Source of the DNA: an uncultured Vampirovibrionales bacterium
GTDB taxonomy: Bacteria; Cyanobacteriota; Vampirovibrionia; Vampirovibrionales; Vampirovibrionaceae
NCBI GenBank assembly: GCA_964387265.1
Contig: CAYLWC010000012.1
Location: forward strand, 2,737 to 66,736
Direction of reading: 5' to 3'
DNA length: 64,000 nt
Part shown: positions 53,664 to 63,205 of the stretch, piece after piece
Position numbering within the stretch: the first letter of the stretch is position 1
Layout: each line of letters starts with the position of its first letter
Position numbers and translations under genes: made by a program
Notes under the pieces: model-generated
Databases searched by the model: none
What the model was told of the DNA's origin: nothing
The model's input: only the letters and a program-made list of their open reading frames with translations

Positions 53664-55556
53664 TTGGATGTCATAACTATCGCAACGTACATGGAATCAA
53701 ACGAACCTCCTGGAAGTAGTAGCGCAACCGGCGCATTGCGGACCCCCGAAGTCATTGGATCTCGAGGGTTTATCTACTATCATGCCCAGCAATCCATTAT
53801 CGTGGCCCTGGCGATTAATTTCTGCATCGCCGCCATCAAGTTTCTGGCTTGGTTTATTTCCCGCAGCCCATCCATGCTCAGTGAGGCATTGCACTCGCTC
53901 GGCGACGGCATCAACAGCATTGCCCTGCTGATCGGCTTACGCCTCAGCAGCCGGTCTCCCGATGAAAGCCACCCGTTTGGATATGGACTGGAAGCCAGCG
54001 TTTGGGCCATTCCCGCCTGTGCGTTTTTGCTGATTTTTTCTCTGCTTGCCGTTTGGGAAGGCTGGAGTCGCCTGCTGGATCCCCATGAGGCCTATCACCT
54101 TCTCCCTGGTTTTGAATGGGTTGATCCCTTCGCTATTTCTGTTGTGGTCTTGCTCATCAGCATCATTCTAGAAGTCCTGGCGGTGCGCAATGCAGTTTGG
54201 GCCATCCAGGAAGAAGTGGGCCTCAAGGCCCGCGGCCTGCCTGGATTTATTGAGGCCTACCGGCATATTAAGCATGTGGTGGCCCCTACTACCCGTTTTG
54301 TCTTTTATGAAGAAACCATCGCCTTGCTGGGGGCAATTCTGGCGCTCATTGCCATCTCCCTTTCCCATTATTCCGTAGAACTCGGTTGGCTGTCGCCCCA
54401 ATTTGCCCACTGGCCCGATGCCCTTGCTTCTATCATCATCGGTTTGATGCTCATGGGGATGTCCATTTATCTCTTCATTCATAACCGGGGCATTTTAACC
54501 GGAACCGCCGCCTCACCGAAAACCGAGCAGCGAATTTCGGATCTGGTTCTGAATCTGCATGGGGTTTCAGAGATTCATGACCTGAAAACCGTCGACCGGG
54601 GACCAGCAGGCTTGACCATCCACATGCAGGTGGAAGTCGAGCCGGACACCATGGTGAAAGACGTGGATGATTTGACAGAGCGCATTAAGGATAAAATCCA
54701 GGACCGGATCAGTAACGTCAGCCAAGTATTTATTGAGGTCCTGGCCGATGAGTCCGACGTGGAGTGGGGCAAAAAATTCATCGCCCTCATTGAGCAAGGC
54801 CGGGTGGAAGAGGTGCTCAACGCCCGGGAAGAAATTCTTTTGCGCAATGTCTACGATTTCACCGAATCCACCGTCCAGGATGTGATGGTCCCTCGGACCG
54901 ACGTGGATGCTGTGGCCCTCAGTACCCCGCTGGAAGAGGTTGCGGATTTGATTCTGGAAACCGGTCATTCCCGTCTGCCAGTTTACGGCGAGGACATGGA
55001 TGATATTGTGGGCATTGTCCATGCCCGGGATGTCTTTGAGCGGATTCGGAAACAGGAGATGACCATCCCGCTTTCAGAGCTGATTCGGGAAATTGACATT
55101 TACCCGGAAAACAAGCCCGTCACCGACTTATTGGAAGATTTTAAGCGCAATAAAATCCAGATGGCCGTGGTGGCCGATGAACATGGGGGTTTTGCCGGTC
55201 TGGTTACCATTGAGGACCTGATGGAAGAGATTGTCGGGGAGATCTGGGATGAGCATGATGAGGAGGATTCCCTGCTGGAGGTGCTGACCCCTAACCAGGT
55301 GCTGATCAGCGGCAAGTACAACATTGAGGATTTAAACGAAGAACTGACCTTGAATGTCCCATCCGATGAATTTAAAACCATTGGTGGCTTTGTCTTTGGC
55401 CAGTTGGGCCGTGAGCCGGATCAAGGCGATGCGGTGACCTTTGAGGAGTTGACTCTGACGGTCCAAGAAGTGGAAGGTCCCCGGATTGTTTCTATTCTGA
55501 TTACCTCACCGGTCCCCTTCGAGCTGGAAAAAGTCCAGGAGCCTTCAGAACCCTAG
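53664..55556 (+). CDS. Fusion transporter: cation diffusion facilitator (6 TM plus cytoplasmic dimerisation domain) fused to a CBS pair and a CorC/HlyC transporter-associated domain
   Basis: CDF motifs (…SEALHSLGDGINS…SPDESHPFGYGLEA…). Then CBS pair (…VMVPRTDVDAV…IVGIVHARDV…). Then CorC_HlyC-like C-terminus (…GGFVFGQLGREPDQGDAVTFEELTLTVQEVEG…). An alternative start is the ATG at 53691. Confidence 0.65.
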   Translation: MDVITIATYMESNEPPGSSSATGALRTPEVIGSRGFIYYHAQQSIIVALAINFCIAAIKFLAWFISRSPSMLSEALHSLGDGINSIALLIGLRLSSRSPDESHPFGYGLEASVWAIPACAFLLIFSLLAVWEGWSRLLDPHEAYHLLPGFEWVDPFAISVVVLLISIILEVLAVRNAVWAIQEEVGLKARGLPGFIEAYRHIKHVVAPTTRFVFYEETIALLGAILALIAISLSHYSVELGWLSPQFAHWPDALASIIIGLMLMGMSIYLFIHNRGILTGTAASPKTEQRISDLVLNLHGVSEIHDLKTVDRGPAGLTIHMQVEVEPDTMVKDVDDLTERIKDKIQDRISNVSQVFIEVLADESDVEWGKKFIALIEQGRVEEVLNAREEILLRNVYDFTESTVQDVMVPRTDVDAVALSTPLEEVADLILETGHSRLPVYGEDMDDIVGIVHARDVFERIRKQEMTIPLSELIREIDIYPENKPVTDLLEDFKRNKIQMAVVADEHGGFAGLVTIEDLMEEIVGEIWDEHDEEDSLLEVLTPNQVLISGKYNIEDLNEELTLNVPSDEFKTIGGFVFGQLGREPDQGDAVTFEELTLTVQEVEGPRIVSILITSPVPFELEKVQEPSEP

Positions 55557-56179
55557 GATCGAACCGGTAACCGACTTTGAACCAAGGCCATCACCTGCTG
55601 GTGCAAGGCATCAACCGGAGTGTCCGCATTCAACACCTGAATTCGCTCCGGGTGCCGTTTGGCCAATTGCAGATACCCGTCTCGAACCCGATCGTGAAAC
55701 GCCTTGGCTTCCCCTTCCATGCGATCCACCGCGCCTCGTTGGGTCACTCTAGCAGCCAGCCGTTCGGGGCTGGCATCCAGCAAAATGGTTAAATGCGGCA
55801 AATGCCCCTGGGTGGCCAGCCGGTTTAGCTCCTCAATCATCTCAACAGATAATCCCCGCCCGTACCCCTGATACGCTACGGTGGAATCGCCATGGCGATC
55901 GCACAACACCACCTTTCCCGCCTCCAAAGCGGGCAACACCACCTCTTCCATATGTTGGGCCCGATCGGCCATAAAGAGCAACAGCTCACTAAGCGGGGAG
56001 ACGGCATGGGAAGAATGTAGCAAGATCTGGCGCAATTCCTGCCCAAAAACGGTTCCACCGGGGTTTCGAGTTACCACGACTTTGAGCCCTTGCTGACGCA
56101 GGGCTTCGGCGCACCGCTCAATCTGGGTGGATTTCCCCGACCCGTCAATCCCTTCAAACGTGACAAACAACCCCGTCAA
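55553..56179 (-). CDS. tmk: Thymidylate kinase
   Basis: P-loop FEGIDGSGKST, DRH motif region (…LCDRHGDST…). 208 aa. Confidence 0.85.
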   Translation of the reverse strand: MTGLFVTFEGIDGSGKSTQIERCAEALRQQGLKVVVTRNPGGTVFGQELRQILLHSSHAVSPLSELLLFMADRAQHMEEVVLPALEAGKVVLCDRHGDSTVAYQGYGRGLSVEMIEELNRLATQGHLPHLTILLDASPERLAARVTQRGAVDRMEGEAKAFHDRVRDGYLQLAKRHPERIQVLNADTPVDALHQQVMALVQSRLPVRS

Positions 56180-56182
56180 TGT

Positions 56183-57877
56183 TTAGTCCACCTGCTCCTC
56201 GACCATTTGTTCCTGTCGTTCCGGGGCCTTGGCTTTCTTGGCGGGCAGAATGCGCAAGCGCCGGTTGGGTTCATCCCCCACACTCTCACTCATCAGGTGA
56301 TGACGCTCCACCAACTCATGCTGCAAGCGACGAATATAGGAGCGCCGTGGGGCCAGTTCCAACGCATGGGCCTCGGATAAGACCGTTTGAACCGCTTCTT
56401 CAGCCTCTTTAAGCGCCAATTCAGTTTCATCTTCGTATGTGGCGCTGGCCAATTGCCCGGCAAACGTCCCGGCTTCCGCGTCTAGGGCTTCCCGAAGCGC
56501 CCGCTGAATCTGGGGCATGGTATTGGTTTTGGCGTAATACACCGGCACTTCATAATCCTGAGCCAGCTTTAGGATCTTGGAACCAGGCCGGGCATTGCCT
56601 TTCAGGGCGATCACGGCGTTGGCATCGTAGATGTTGCGGGTCACCTTAATATGATGCAAATTCAACCGCTCCAGAATCCGATCCACGAAGGCTTTGCTGA
56701 TGGCATACAAGAACAGACGGACCTCGGCCTGATCCGTCGGCACCGGGGCCTCATCCCGGTTGTGGGGCACCATGCTTAAAGTCGGGACCGCCTCTTCCAG
56801 CGGGGCCTCTAAGGCTTTGAAATCGCTTTTCAGCACCCGGGTCTTCCCGGTTTCGGTATCGATTTTGCGAATTTCCGGAAACAGCGTCCATCCCCGCAGC
56901 AGGTGATCCACCGCTTCAGCCACATCGGGGTACACAGCCAGGGTCTGCCGGTCCCGGATCTCGATACACACATCAAAGGTCGGTTTTTTGGCCCGTTCCA
57001 ACACCGTTTTCTGGGTCATTCGGCGCTTGGCCTCTTCATCTCCCAAGGTCACCGTCTCAACCCCACCAATCAGATCGGAAAGCAGCGGGTTTTTCACCAC
57101 ATTTTCCAACGTATTCCCATGGGCGGTCGCCACCAACACCACGCCCCGTTCCGCAATGGTCCGAGCCGCCAAGGCCTCTTCCTCAGCCCCGATTTCATCC
57201 ACCACGATCACTTCCGGGGTATGATTCTGCACCGCTTCCAGCATCACTTCCTTTTGACGATCCGGGGAGCTGACCTGCATGCGCCGAGCTCGACCCACAG
57301 CCGGGTGAGGGATATCCCCGTCTCCGGCAATTTCATTGGCGGTATCCACAATAACCACCCGTTTCTTCAGCTCATCGGCCATCAGCTTGGCCACTTCCCG
57401 CAGCTTGGTGGTCTTTCCCACCCCAGGACGCCCCAAGAGCAGAATGCTCCGGCCTGATTCCACGATATCTCGAATACTTTCAATGGTACCGGTCACCAGT
57501 TTTCCCACGCGACAGGTCAGCCCCACAATAACCCCTTGACGGTTTCGAATGGCGCTGATCCGGTGCAGAGTTCGTGGAATCCCGGCCCGGTTGTCGGCGG
57601 AAAAATACCCCACCTGCTTGACCACATAGTTGATTTCATCCAAGGTCACTTGCTGTTCACTCAGCTCCACCATGTGGCCCTCAGAAAACCGGGCTTCCGG
57701 CGGGCGACCCAGATCTAAGACAACTTCTATCAGGTCATCCAAGTCATGCTTTTGAATGGCCCACTTGACCCGTTCTGGCAGAACATCTATCAGGAGTTGT
57801 AAATCGGCTTCGATGGAAAATCCCTCTAACCCTTCATGGGAATCAAAATGATACGGTTGCTGTGGATGCGCTGACAC
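56183..57877 (-). CDS. AAA-type ATPase with C-terminal R3H-like domain (SpoIIIAA/Ycf45 family)
   Basis: Walker A LLLGRPGVGKTT, Walker B VIVVDEIG. Long N- and C-terminal extensions. Lies 4 nt upstream of tmk. Confidence 0.6.
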   Translation of the reverse strand: MSAHPQQPYHFDSHEGLEGFSIEADLQLLIDVLPERVKWAIQKHDLDDLIEVVLDLGRPPEARFSEGHMVELSEQQVTLDEINYVVKQVGYFSADNRAGIPRTLHRISAIRNRQGVIVGLTCRVGKLVTGTIESIRDIVESGRSILLLGRPGVGKTTKLREVAKLMADELKKRVVIVDTANEIAGDGDIPHPAVGRARRMQVSSPDRQKEVMLEAVQNHTPEVIVVDEIGAEEEALAARTIAERGVVLVATAHGNTLENVVKNPLLSDLIGGVETVTLGDEEAKRRMTQKTVLERAKKPTFDVCIEIRDRQTLAVYPDVAEAVDHLLRGWTLFPEIRKIDTETGKTRVLKSDFKALEAPLEEAVPTLSMVPHNRDEAPVPTDQAEVRLFLYAISKAFVDRILERLNLHHIKVTRNIYDANAVIALKGNARPGSKILKLAQDYEVPVYYAKTNTMPQIQRALREALDAEAGTFAGQLASATYEDETELALKEAEEAVQTVLSEAHALELAPRRSYIRRLQHELVERHHLMSESVGDEPNRRLRILPAKKAKAPERQEQMVEEQVD

Positions 57878-57934
57878 TGGGTGATGTCATCTCCTTCCGT
57901 TGCCGGGGAAACCGTCCCAACCGGCTCCCCGTGG

Positions 57935-58948
57935 TTAGGCTTCAGTACTTATTATAGCGGATTTTGCCCGGACTTTAAACTCCCGTACCAAAGTAGCTGC
58001 CGCCGCCAAGGCTTCCCCTTCCTGAGCAGGACCAAACAGAAATGGCCACACTTTTTGCCGGGCATACGTCCCCATACCCACCCCCTGAATCATGTGATAG
58101 GCGGATTGCTGAAGATACTGCGCCGTTTGGTGATTGATTCCCCCGGAAATGGTTAAAAACACCTGCCCCGCTTCCAGCCAGGGCCGGAGCCTGTCACAGC
58201 TCAAACGAGCCGCCTCCAGGGCAGGTACTGATGATTCAGGCGCTTTAGATCCAGACATGGGCTTACCGTCGATCTGGGCAATAATGGGGTATGAGCTAAA
58301 GTGAATCAGCTGCTGCACACAGGCTTCCCACTGGTCCACTGGCACCTCATCCGGGCGGAAACACAATGCCAGTAACTTTCCTTGCAAGGCACGTTGGTGT
58401 TGATCTAAAAAGCGCTCCAGCATATAGGGATCCCCGTAGCGGGTGTGCAGCTCCACGGCCTCTACCCCAGGATCTTGCAGTACCGTTTGAATTTGAGCCT
58501 CTACCAAAAATGGATGTAACTGTAGGGCCTGTGTCGGGCAGATGTCTACACAGCGACCACAGCCATAACACAGGGGCTGGGCAATCTCTAACCCCCCTGC
58601 CCCTAGCTCAATGGCCTCCGTGGGACAAACCGGCATACAGGCATCACACAGCACACAGTCAGCGACCTGAAGCTCAATTTTGCGAAAATGGGGATCGGGA
58701 TCCAAAGGCAGGCTCACCATCACCACAGGCCAGGAACGTTCTTTGGGCAAGTATGATAACCCCTTCCGCACCGCGGCCAGCACCTGGGGATCCGGGGCCA
58801 CATCCAGACAATTCACCCCCGCTTGCCCATACACGCGCGCCAATGCCTCAAGGGCAGCCGTCTCGGTCAAACTCCCCCCGCCAATCAGCTTAAAAAAACG
58901 CCCCTGCCGCAAGGCCTGAAGCATCTGGGTTTGACTGGCCGTGAGCAT
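57935..58948 (-). CDS. 4Fe-4S ferredoxin-domain protein, LdpA-like
   Basis: Start at the internal Met. N-terminal …GRFFKLIGGGSLTETAALEALARVYGQAGVNCLDVAPDP… resembles the LdpA family. Two CxxCxxCxxxCP motifs (CVLCDACMPVCP; CYGCGRCVDICP). Confidence 0.45.
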   Translation of the reverse strand: MLTASQTQMLQALRQGRFFKLIGGGSLTETAALEALARVYGQAGVNCLDVAPDPQVLAAVRKGLSYLPKERSWPVVMVSLPLDPDPHFRKIELQVADCVLCDACMPVCPTEAIELGAGGLEIAQPLCYGCGRCVDICPTQALQLHPFLVEAQIQTVLQDPGVEAVELHTRYGDPYMLERFLDQHQRALQGKLLALCFRPDEVPVDQWEACVQQLIHFSSYPIIAQIDGKPMSGSKAPESSVPALEAARLSCDRLRPWLEAGQVFLTISGGINHQTAQYLQQSAYHMIQGVGMGTYARQKVWPFLFGPAQEGEALAAAATLVREFKVRAKSAIISTEA

Positions 58949-59157
58949 CGTTTTTTGCTCCCTATCCGTCTGGGACACGTAACACACCGGATGGTTTCTT
59001 ATTGTACGATTGCCCCACGCAATTACCAAGTAACAAATCCTCCGTGCGACCGTCATAGAAAAAGAGCCCCTTCCTAGGGGGCTTCAATTTGGAGTATCCC
59101 TGATGCGACTCCGTTGGTAAACTGGTATAAGCAGCAAGAAAATAAAATCTCAGGCAT

Positions 59158-60153
59158 ATGACCCAAACACCGTTGTTACAGATTCAGGATCTCTCGGTTT
59201 GCTTCCCAACCGAGGACGGCCCCGCCTGCGCCGTCAACCACCTGTCCCTGACCTTGGGCTCTGGAGAAGTATTGGGGCTGGTTGGAGAATCGGGCTGTGG
59301 AAAAAGCATGACCAGCATGGCCGTTTTACGGCTGATTCCCCCACCTGGGGAAATTGAAAGCGGACAAATTCTGTTTCAGGGTCAGTCTTTGCTGGATCTG
59401 CCCTTATCAGACATGCAGAAAATCCGGGGCGCCCAAATCGCCCTGATCCCTCAAGATCCCCTGACCTCGCTCAACCCGGTGTACACGGTGGGCGATCAGA
59501 TCATTGAAGTGCTTCAGCTGCACCAGGGATTAAGCAAGCAGGATGCCCGCAAACGGGCCGCCGAGCTTTTGGAAGAAGTGCGCATCCCCAATGCCAGGGA
59601 GCGCCTGGATAATTATCCCCATGAATTTTCAGGTGGGATGCGGCAACGGGTCATGATTGCCATGGCGCTAAGTTGTCGTCCCGCTCTGCTCATTGCCGAT
59701 GAGCCGACCACTGCGCTGGATGTAACAGTACAGGCCCAGATTCTGGATCTGTTACGCAACATTCAAAAAGAACACGGCACCGCCATCTTGCTCATTACCC
59801 ATGATCTGGGAGTGGTGGCTGAAATGTGTGATCGGGTGGCGGTGATGTATGCCGGACGCATTGTGGAACAGGCTCCGGTTCGGGAGATTTTTCAACACCC
59901 CCGTCATCCCTACACCCAAGGACTTCTCCATTCTCTGCCCACCCGGACCCACGAGAGATTGGAGCCCATTGAAGGGCATCCCCCCACACTCACTGAAATT
60001 CCGATCGGTTGCGCCTTTGAACCACGCTGTCGAGAACGGATGGACATCTGTACCACCGCCTTCCCGCCAGTTAGCCACGTGCTTCCGAATCACCAGGTGT
60101 GTTGTTATTTAATGAATCAAACGCCCGTGGAAGTAACGCCCCCAACGGGGTAA
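59158..60153 (+). CDS. Oligopeptide/dipeptide ABC transporter ATP-binding protein (OppD/DppD-like)
   Basis: Walker A GESGCGKS, signature [15 protein letters not shown], Walker [14 protein letters not shown]-terminal oligopeptide-transporter Cys-rich tail. No permease or substrate-binding genes adjacent. Confidence 0.8.
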   Translation: MTQTPLLQIQDLSVCFPTEDGPACAVNHLSLTLGSGEVLGLVGESGCGKSMTSMAVLRLIPPPGEIESGQILFQGQSLLDLPLSDMQKIRGAQIALIPQDPLTSLNPVYTVGDQIIEVLQLHQGLSKQDARKRAAELLEEVRIPNARERLDNYPHEFSGGMRQRVMIAMALSCRPALLIADEPTTALDVTVQAQILDLLRNIQKEHGTAILLITHDLGVVAEMCDRVAVMYAGRIVEQAPVREIFQHPRHPYTQGLLHSLPTRTHERLEPIEGHPPTLTEIPIGCAFEPRCRERMDICTTAFPPVSHVLPNHQVCCYLMNQTPVEVTPPTG

Positions 60154-60529
60154 GCTCCACATCCCCCGTAACCGGATGAGCGGTAATCACCAGGGCGTCT
60201 TTCGACAAAAATTCCGCCAGCACCTGACGACAGGCCCCACAGGGCATGACCGCTCCCTGGGGCATTTTTTCCGCCCAAACCGCCAGGGCCTGAAATTGTC
60301 GGTGCCCCTGCGCCACAGCCTGGGTCATGGCCACCCGTTCGGCACATAGAGTAAGGCCATAGCTGATATTCTCCACGTTCACGCCAGTGACGACCGTCCC
60401 ATCGGATAGCAACAACGCCGCACCCACCGGAAACTGACTGTAGGGAGCATAGGCGTGCCGGGCCGCCTGGCGGGCCTGAGCTAAAAGGGACTGCGCCTCA
60501 TTCGCCGTCAGGGATTGCTGAACGCTCAT
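60071..60529 (-). CDS. cdd: Cytidine deaminase
   Basis: Zinc-binding motifs CAERVAM … PCGACRQVL. 152 aa. Its 3' end overlaps the convergent oppD-like gene by 83 nt. Confidence 0.8.
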   Translation of the reverse strand: MSVQQSLTANEAQSLLAQARQAARHAYAPYSQFPVGAALLLSDGTVVTGVNVENISYGLTLCAERVAMTQAVAQGHRQFQALAVWAEKMPQGAVMPCGACRQVLAEFLSKDALVITAHPVTGDVELTPLGALLPRAFDSLNNNTPGDSEARG

Positions 60530-60543
60530 TGAGTATTATCCTC

Positions 60544-61827
60544 CTACTGAGCTGCCAGCCGATGCTTCTTCTCCAAATACTGAATGGCCCGCTGCAGCTG
60601 GGGATCCGTTTGATCTAGGAAATCCTTTTCGGTATATTCCACCACAATGTCCGGGGCAATGCCCTTGTGATCGATATCCGTTCCCTTGGGGGTAAAGTAC
60701 TTGGAAATGGTAATGTTCAGACCAGAGCCATCCGGCAGGGGATTAATTTTCTGGACCAGACCCTTACCGTACGACTGGGTCCCGATGAGGGTGGCCCGAC
60801 GGTGATCCTTGAGGGCGCCACTGAGAATCTCGCTGGCGCTGGCGCTTCCGCCATCAATCAAAATCACCATCGGCTGATTCGCATTCTGCCCAGGATAGGC
60901 CCGGTATGTTCGTCGCTCCTGCTTTCGGTTCACAATGGAGACAATATCGCCTTTTTCCAGAAACATATCGGCAATGGCCACCGCGTTATCCAGTAACCCG
61001 CCATAATTACCGCGCAGATCGAGAATAATGGCCTTTTTATCTTTCATCTTCTGCAAAATTTCATGCATCTCTGCTGTGGCCGTCTCACTGATAAAGCTGT
61101 TGAGCCGGACGTAGCCAATGCGATCATCCTCTAACTCTTCAGTAAAGACGGACTTGAGCCGGATCTCCGCCCGAACGATCTCTTCCACAACCGTTTTTTC
61201 TCCCCGGCGAATGGTCAATTTCACCGCAGTGCCCTCTTTCCCCCGGATGCGATCCGCGGCCTGCTCCACCGTCATGCCAGCCGTTTCCTGGCCGTCAATT
61301 CGAATAATCTGATCTTTGGCCTTCAAACCAGCGGCCTCTGCCGGTGTGTCCTCCAGCACGGAAACCACCTGAAGCTTGTTATCCCGAACCCCAATTTGAA
61401 TACCGATCCCATACAACCGGGAGTCAATGCTCAGGGTCTGCTCACGCATGTCTCGGGGTGGGAGAAAGCGGGTATACTCATCATTCAAACTGGCTAACAT
61501 GGTCTGAATCGCCACATAGGCGTCTTCAGGATCTTTGAGTTGACCTTTATAGCGATCCTTCCAGCGATACCAATCCTGATGGTTGAAGGAATCATCCACA
61601 TACTCTTCCAAAATCATATGCCAGGCTTCTCGGTAGATGTTCTCCGGCTGAGCTGGAGACAACGAAGCCACAGGTGATTGAGGCGACAACGGGTTTGAGC
61701 TTTTAAACAGACTGCAGCCCGTCAATCCCATTAGCAATAGCAGGAGCCCGCATAGGAACCAGGCCAATACGGGCATCGCTCGGCAGGCCCTGAAGGGTCC
61801 ACCCGACAGTTGAAAAAGGTGATTCAT
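60544..61827 (-). CDS. Carboxyl-terminal processing protease (S41 family) with PDZ domain
   Basis: Signal peptide/TM. PDZ region. S41 catalytic region (…LIDGGSASASEILSGALKDHRRATLIGTQSYGKG…). Confidence 0.85.
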   Translation of the reverse strand: MNHLFQLSGGPFRACRAMPVLAWFLCGLLLLLMGLTGCSLFKSSNPLSPQSPVASLSPAQPENIYREAWHMILEEYVDDSFNHQDWYRWKDRYKGQLKDPEDAYVAIQTMLASLNDEYTRFLPPRDMREQTLSIDSRLYGIGIQIGVRDNKLQVVSVLEDTPAEAAGLKAKDQIIRIDGQETAGMTVEQAADRIRGKEGTAVKLTIRRGEKTVVEEIVRAEIRLKSVFTEELEDDRIGYVRLNSFISETATAEMHEILQKMKDKKAIILDLRGNYGGLLDNAVAIADMFLEKGDIVSIVNRKQERRTYRAYPGQNANQPMVILIDGGSASASEILSGALKDHRRATLIGTQSYGKGLVQKINPLPDGSGLNITISKYFTPKGTDIDHKGIAPDIVVEYTEKDFLDQTDPQLQRAIQYLEKKHRLAAQ

Positions 61828-61841
61828 GGAGAAATATCTGG

Positions 61842-63059
61842 TTAGTGCGTGTACTCGTCCACGTTCGGCATGTTACCGCCAGACGTGTTGGAGAGAATGA
61901 AGAGATCGATAATCTCGGACAACTCGTTGGCCTTGCCCTGATAGTACTTGATATCCGTTTCCAGCTTCCGAATCACGGTTTTGTACTCTTCAATCTTTTT
62001 AATATTGGCCCGCACGGCATCCAACATTTCTGATTGTGCCGATTGCGCTTCTGACAGCACATCTTCCATGGAGATACCCATGGCTTCCATGGTCAAGCGG
62101 ATGATTTGGGCGCCCGTTTGCTTGGTCACCCCTTCGGGCAACTCATTCACCAGGCGAATCAAGGTTTTCACGTTTCCGCTAAATTCGGTATCGATATCCT
62201 GAGCCAGATCCGCCATGTTAGGCCCTGGAACCGAGGCAAAGCTGGATTGCCGATCCATAAGACCTTCTGCCTCAGGGGCATAGCTGGATGCAGCCTCAGG
62301 GAGATCATCGCCAAATGATAAAGGGGCTTTCGATAAATCTTTGTAACCAGACAGGTCAGCCATATTTCCTCCAGAAACACGTTTTTCTTTTAACGACATA
62401 GTATTAGAACCGGGAGCCTTAGCGCTTGTCAACCCTTGGGACAAGGCTGCTTGCTTGGAGATCCGATGGGCCGGTGGGTGGACATAAACTTGCTCCGCCA
62501 GTGGCGCCTCTTGATTTCCCAAGGATAGTGTATCATTAAAACTCGATTTTGTATCAGGTGCAGCCAATTTTACCCTATTTTCTTGAGGAGTGGAAACAGA
62601 ACTGGCCGGGGTTTGAGCCGGAACCTGGGGAGATGGAGCGGGCAAGGAGGAATCCTCCAGATGGGTGATCACCTCTTGCAATTGATCTTTCAGCCGCGCT
62701 GCTGATTCTTGCAGGGCCGGGTCCAATGCCTCAACGTCTTCATCCCCTGTTTCCAGCAACAAACTATACACCGAGGCCCCATCCTCCAAGCGATCTCCTC
62801 CTTCACCCAAAGGCAGAACTTTATCAATCCCATCTCGAGGCTCTAAATCCGCCTGAGGCCCTTCGACATCGGTAGTATCAGCAGGATATGCCAGGGAAGC
62901 TTCCTCCAGGGAGTTGGCCAAGGCCTGACTCCAGGCATTGACCATGGTCTCATCCGAAGTCGGTCCCGTATTGTTTCCATTCACGGAAGATTTCAGGGCT
63001 TCCAGCAGCTTGCTTTTAAATTCTTTTGACACTTCTTCCGACATCTTTTTAAGGGACAT
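61842..63059 (-). CDS. Hypothetical protein (Ser/Pro-rich middle, conserved-looking C-terminal ~120 aa)
   Basis: Start taken at the second ATG, which has an AGGAAAA SD. No family recognised. Confidence 0.4.
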   Translation of the reverse strand: MSLKKMSEEVSKEFKSKLLEALKSSVNGNNTGPTSDETMVNAWSQALANSLEEASLAYPADTTDVEGPQADLEPRDGIDKVLPLGEGGDRLEDGASVYSLLLETGDEDVEALDPALQESAARLKDQLQEVITHLEDSSLPAPSPQVPAQTPASSVSTPQENRVKLAAPDTKSSFNDTLSLGNQEAPLAEQVYVHPPAHRISKQAALSQGLTSAKAPGSNTMSLKEKRVSGGNMADLSGYKDLSKAPLSFGDDLPEAASSYAPEAEGLMDRQSSFASVPGPNMADLAQDIDTEFSGNVKTLIRLVNELPEGVTKQTGAQIIRLTMEAMGISMEDVLSEAQSAQSEMLDAVRANIKKIEEYKTVIRKLETDIKYYQGKANELSEIIDLFILSNTSGGNMPNVDEYTH

Positions 63060-63205
63060 TCGGTTTTTCCTGCATTTCTCAGCCATGTCAGACTTTTACC
63101 CATTGTACCACCTGACTCGAATTCATGAGAGAGTCGGGACCCCAACCAAGTGGACCGAGGAGGCTCTACTGGCTTTACTTATGGGAAACTGCTAGAATAA
63201 CCCCT

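Noticed and set aside
56903-57457. 184-aa + strand ORF inside the AAA/R3H ATPase gene
   Set aside because: Antisense. The His/Gly-rich translation has no motifs.
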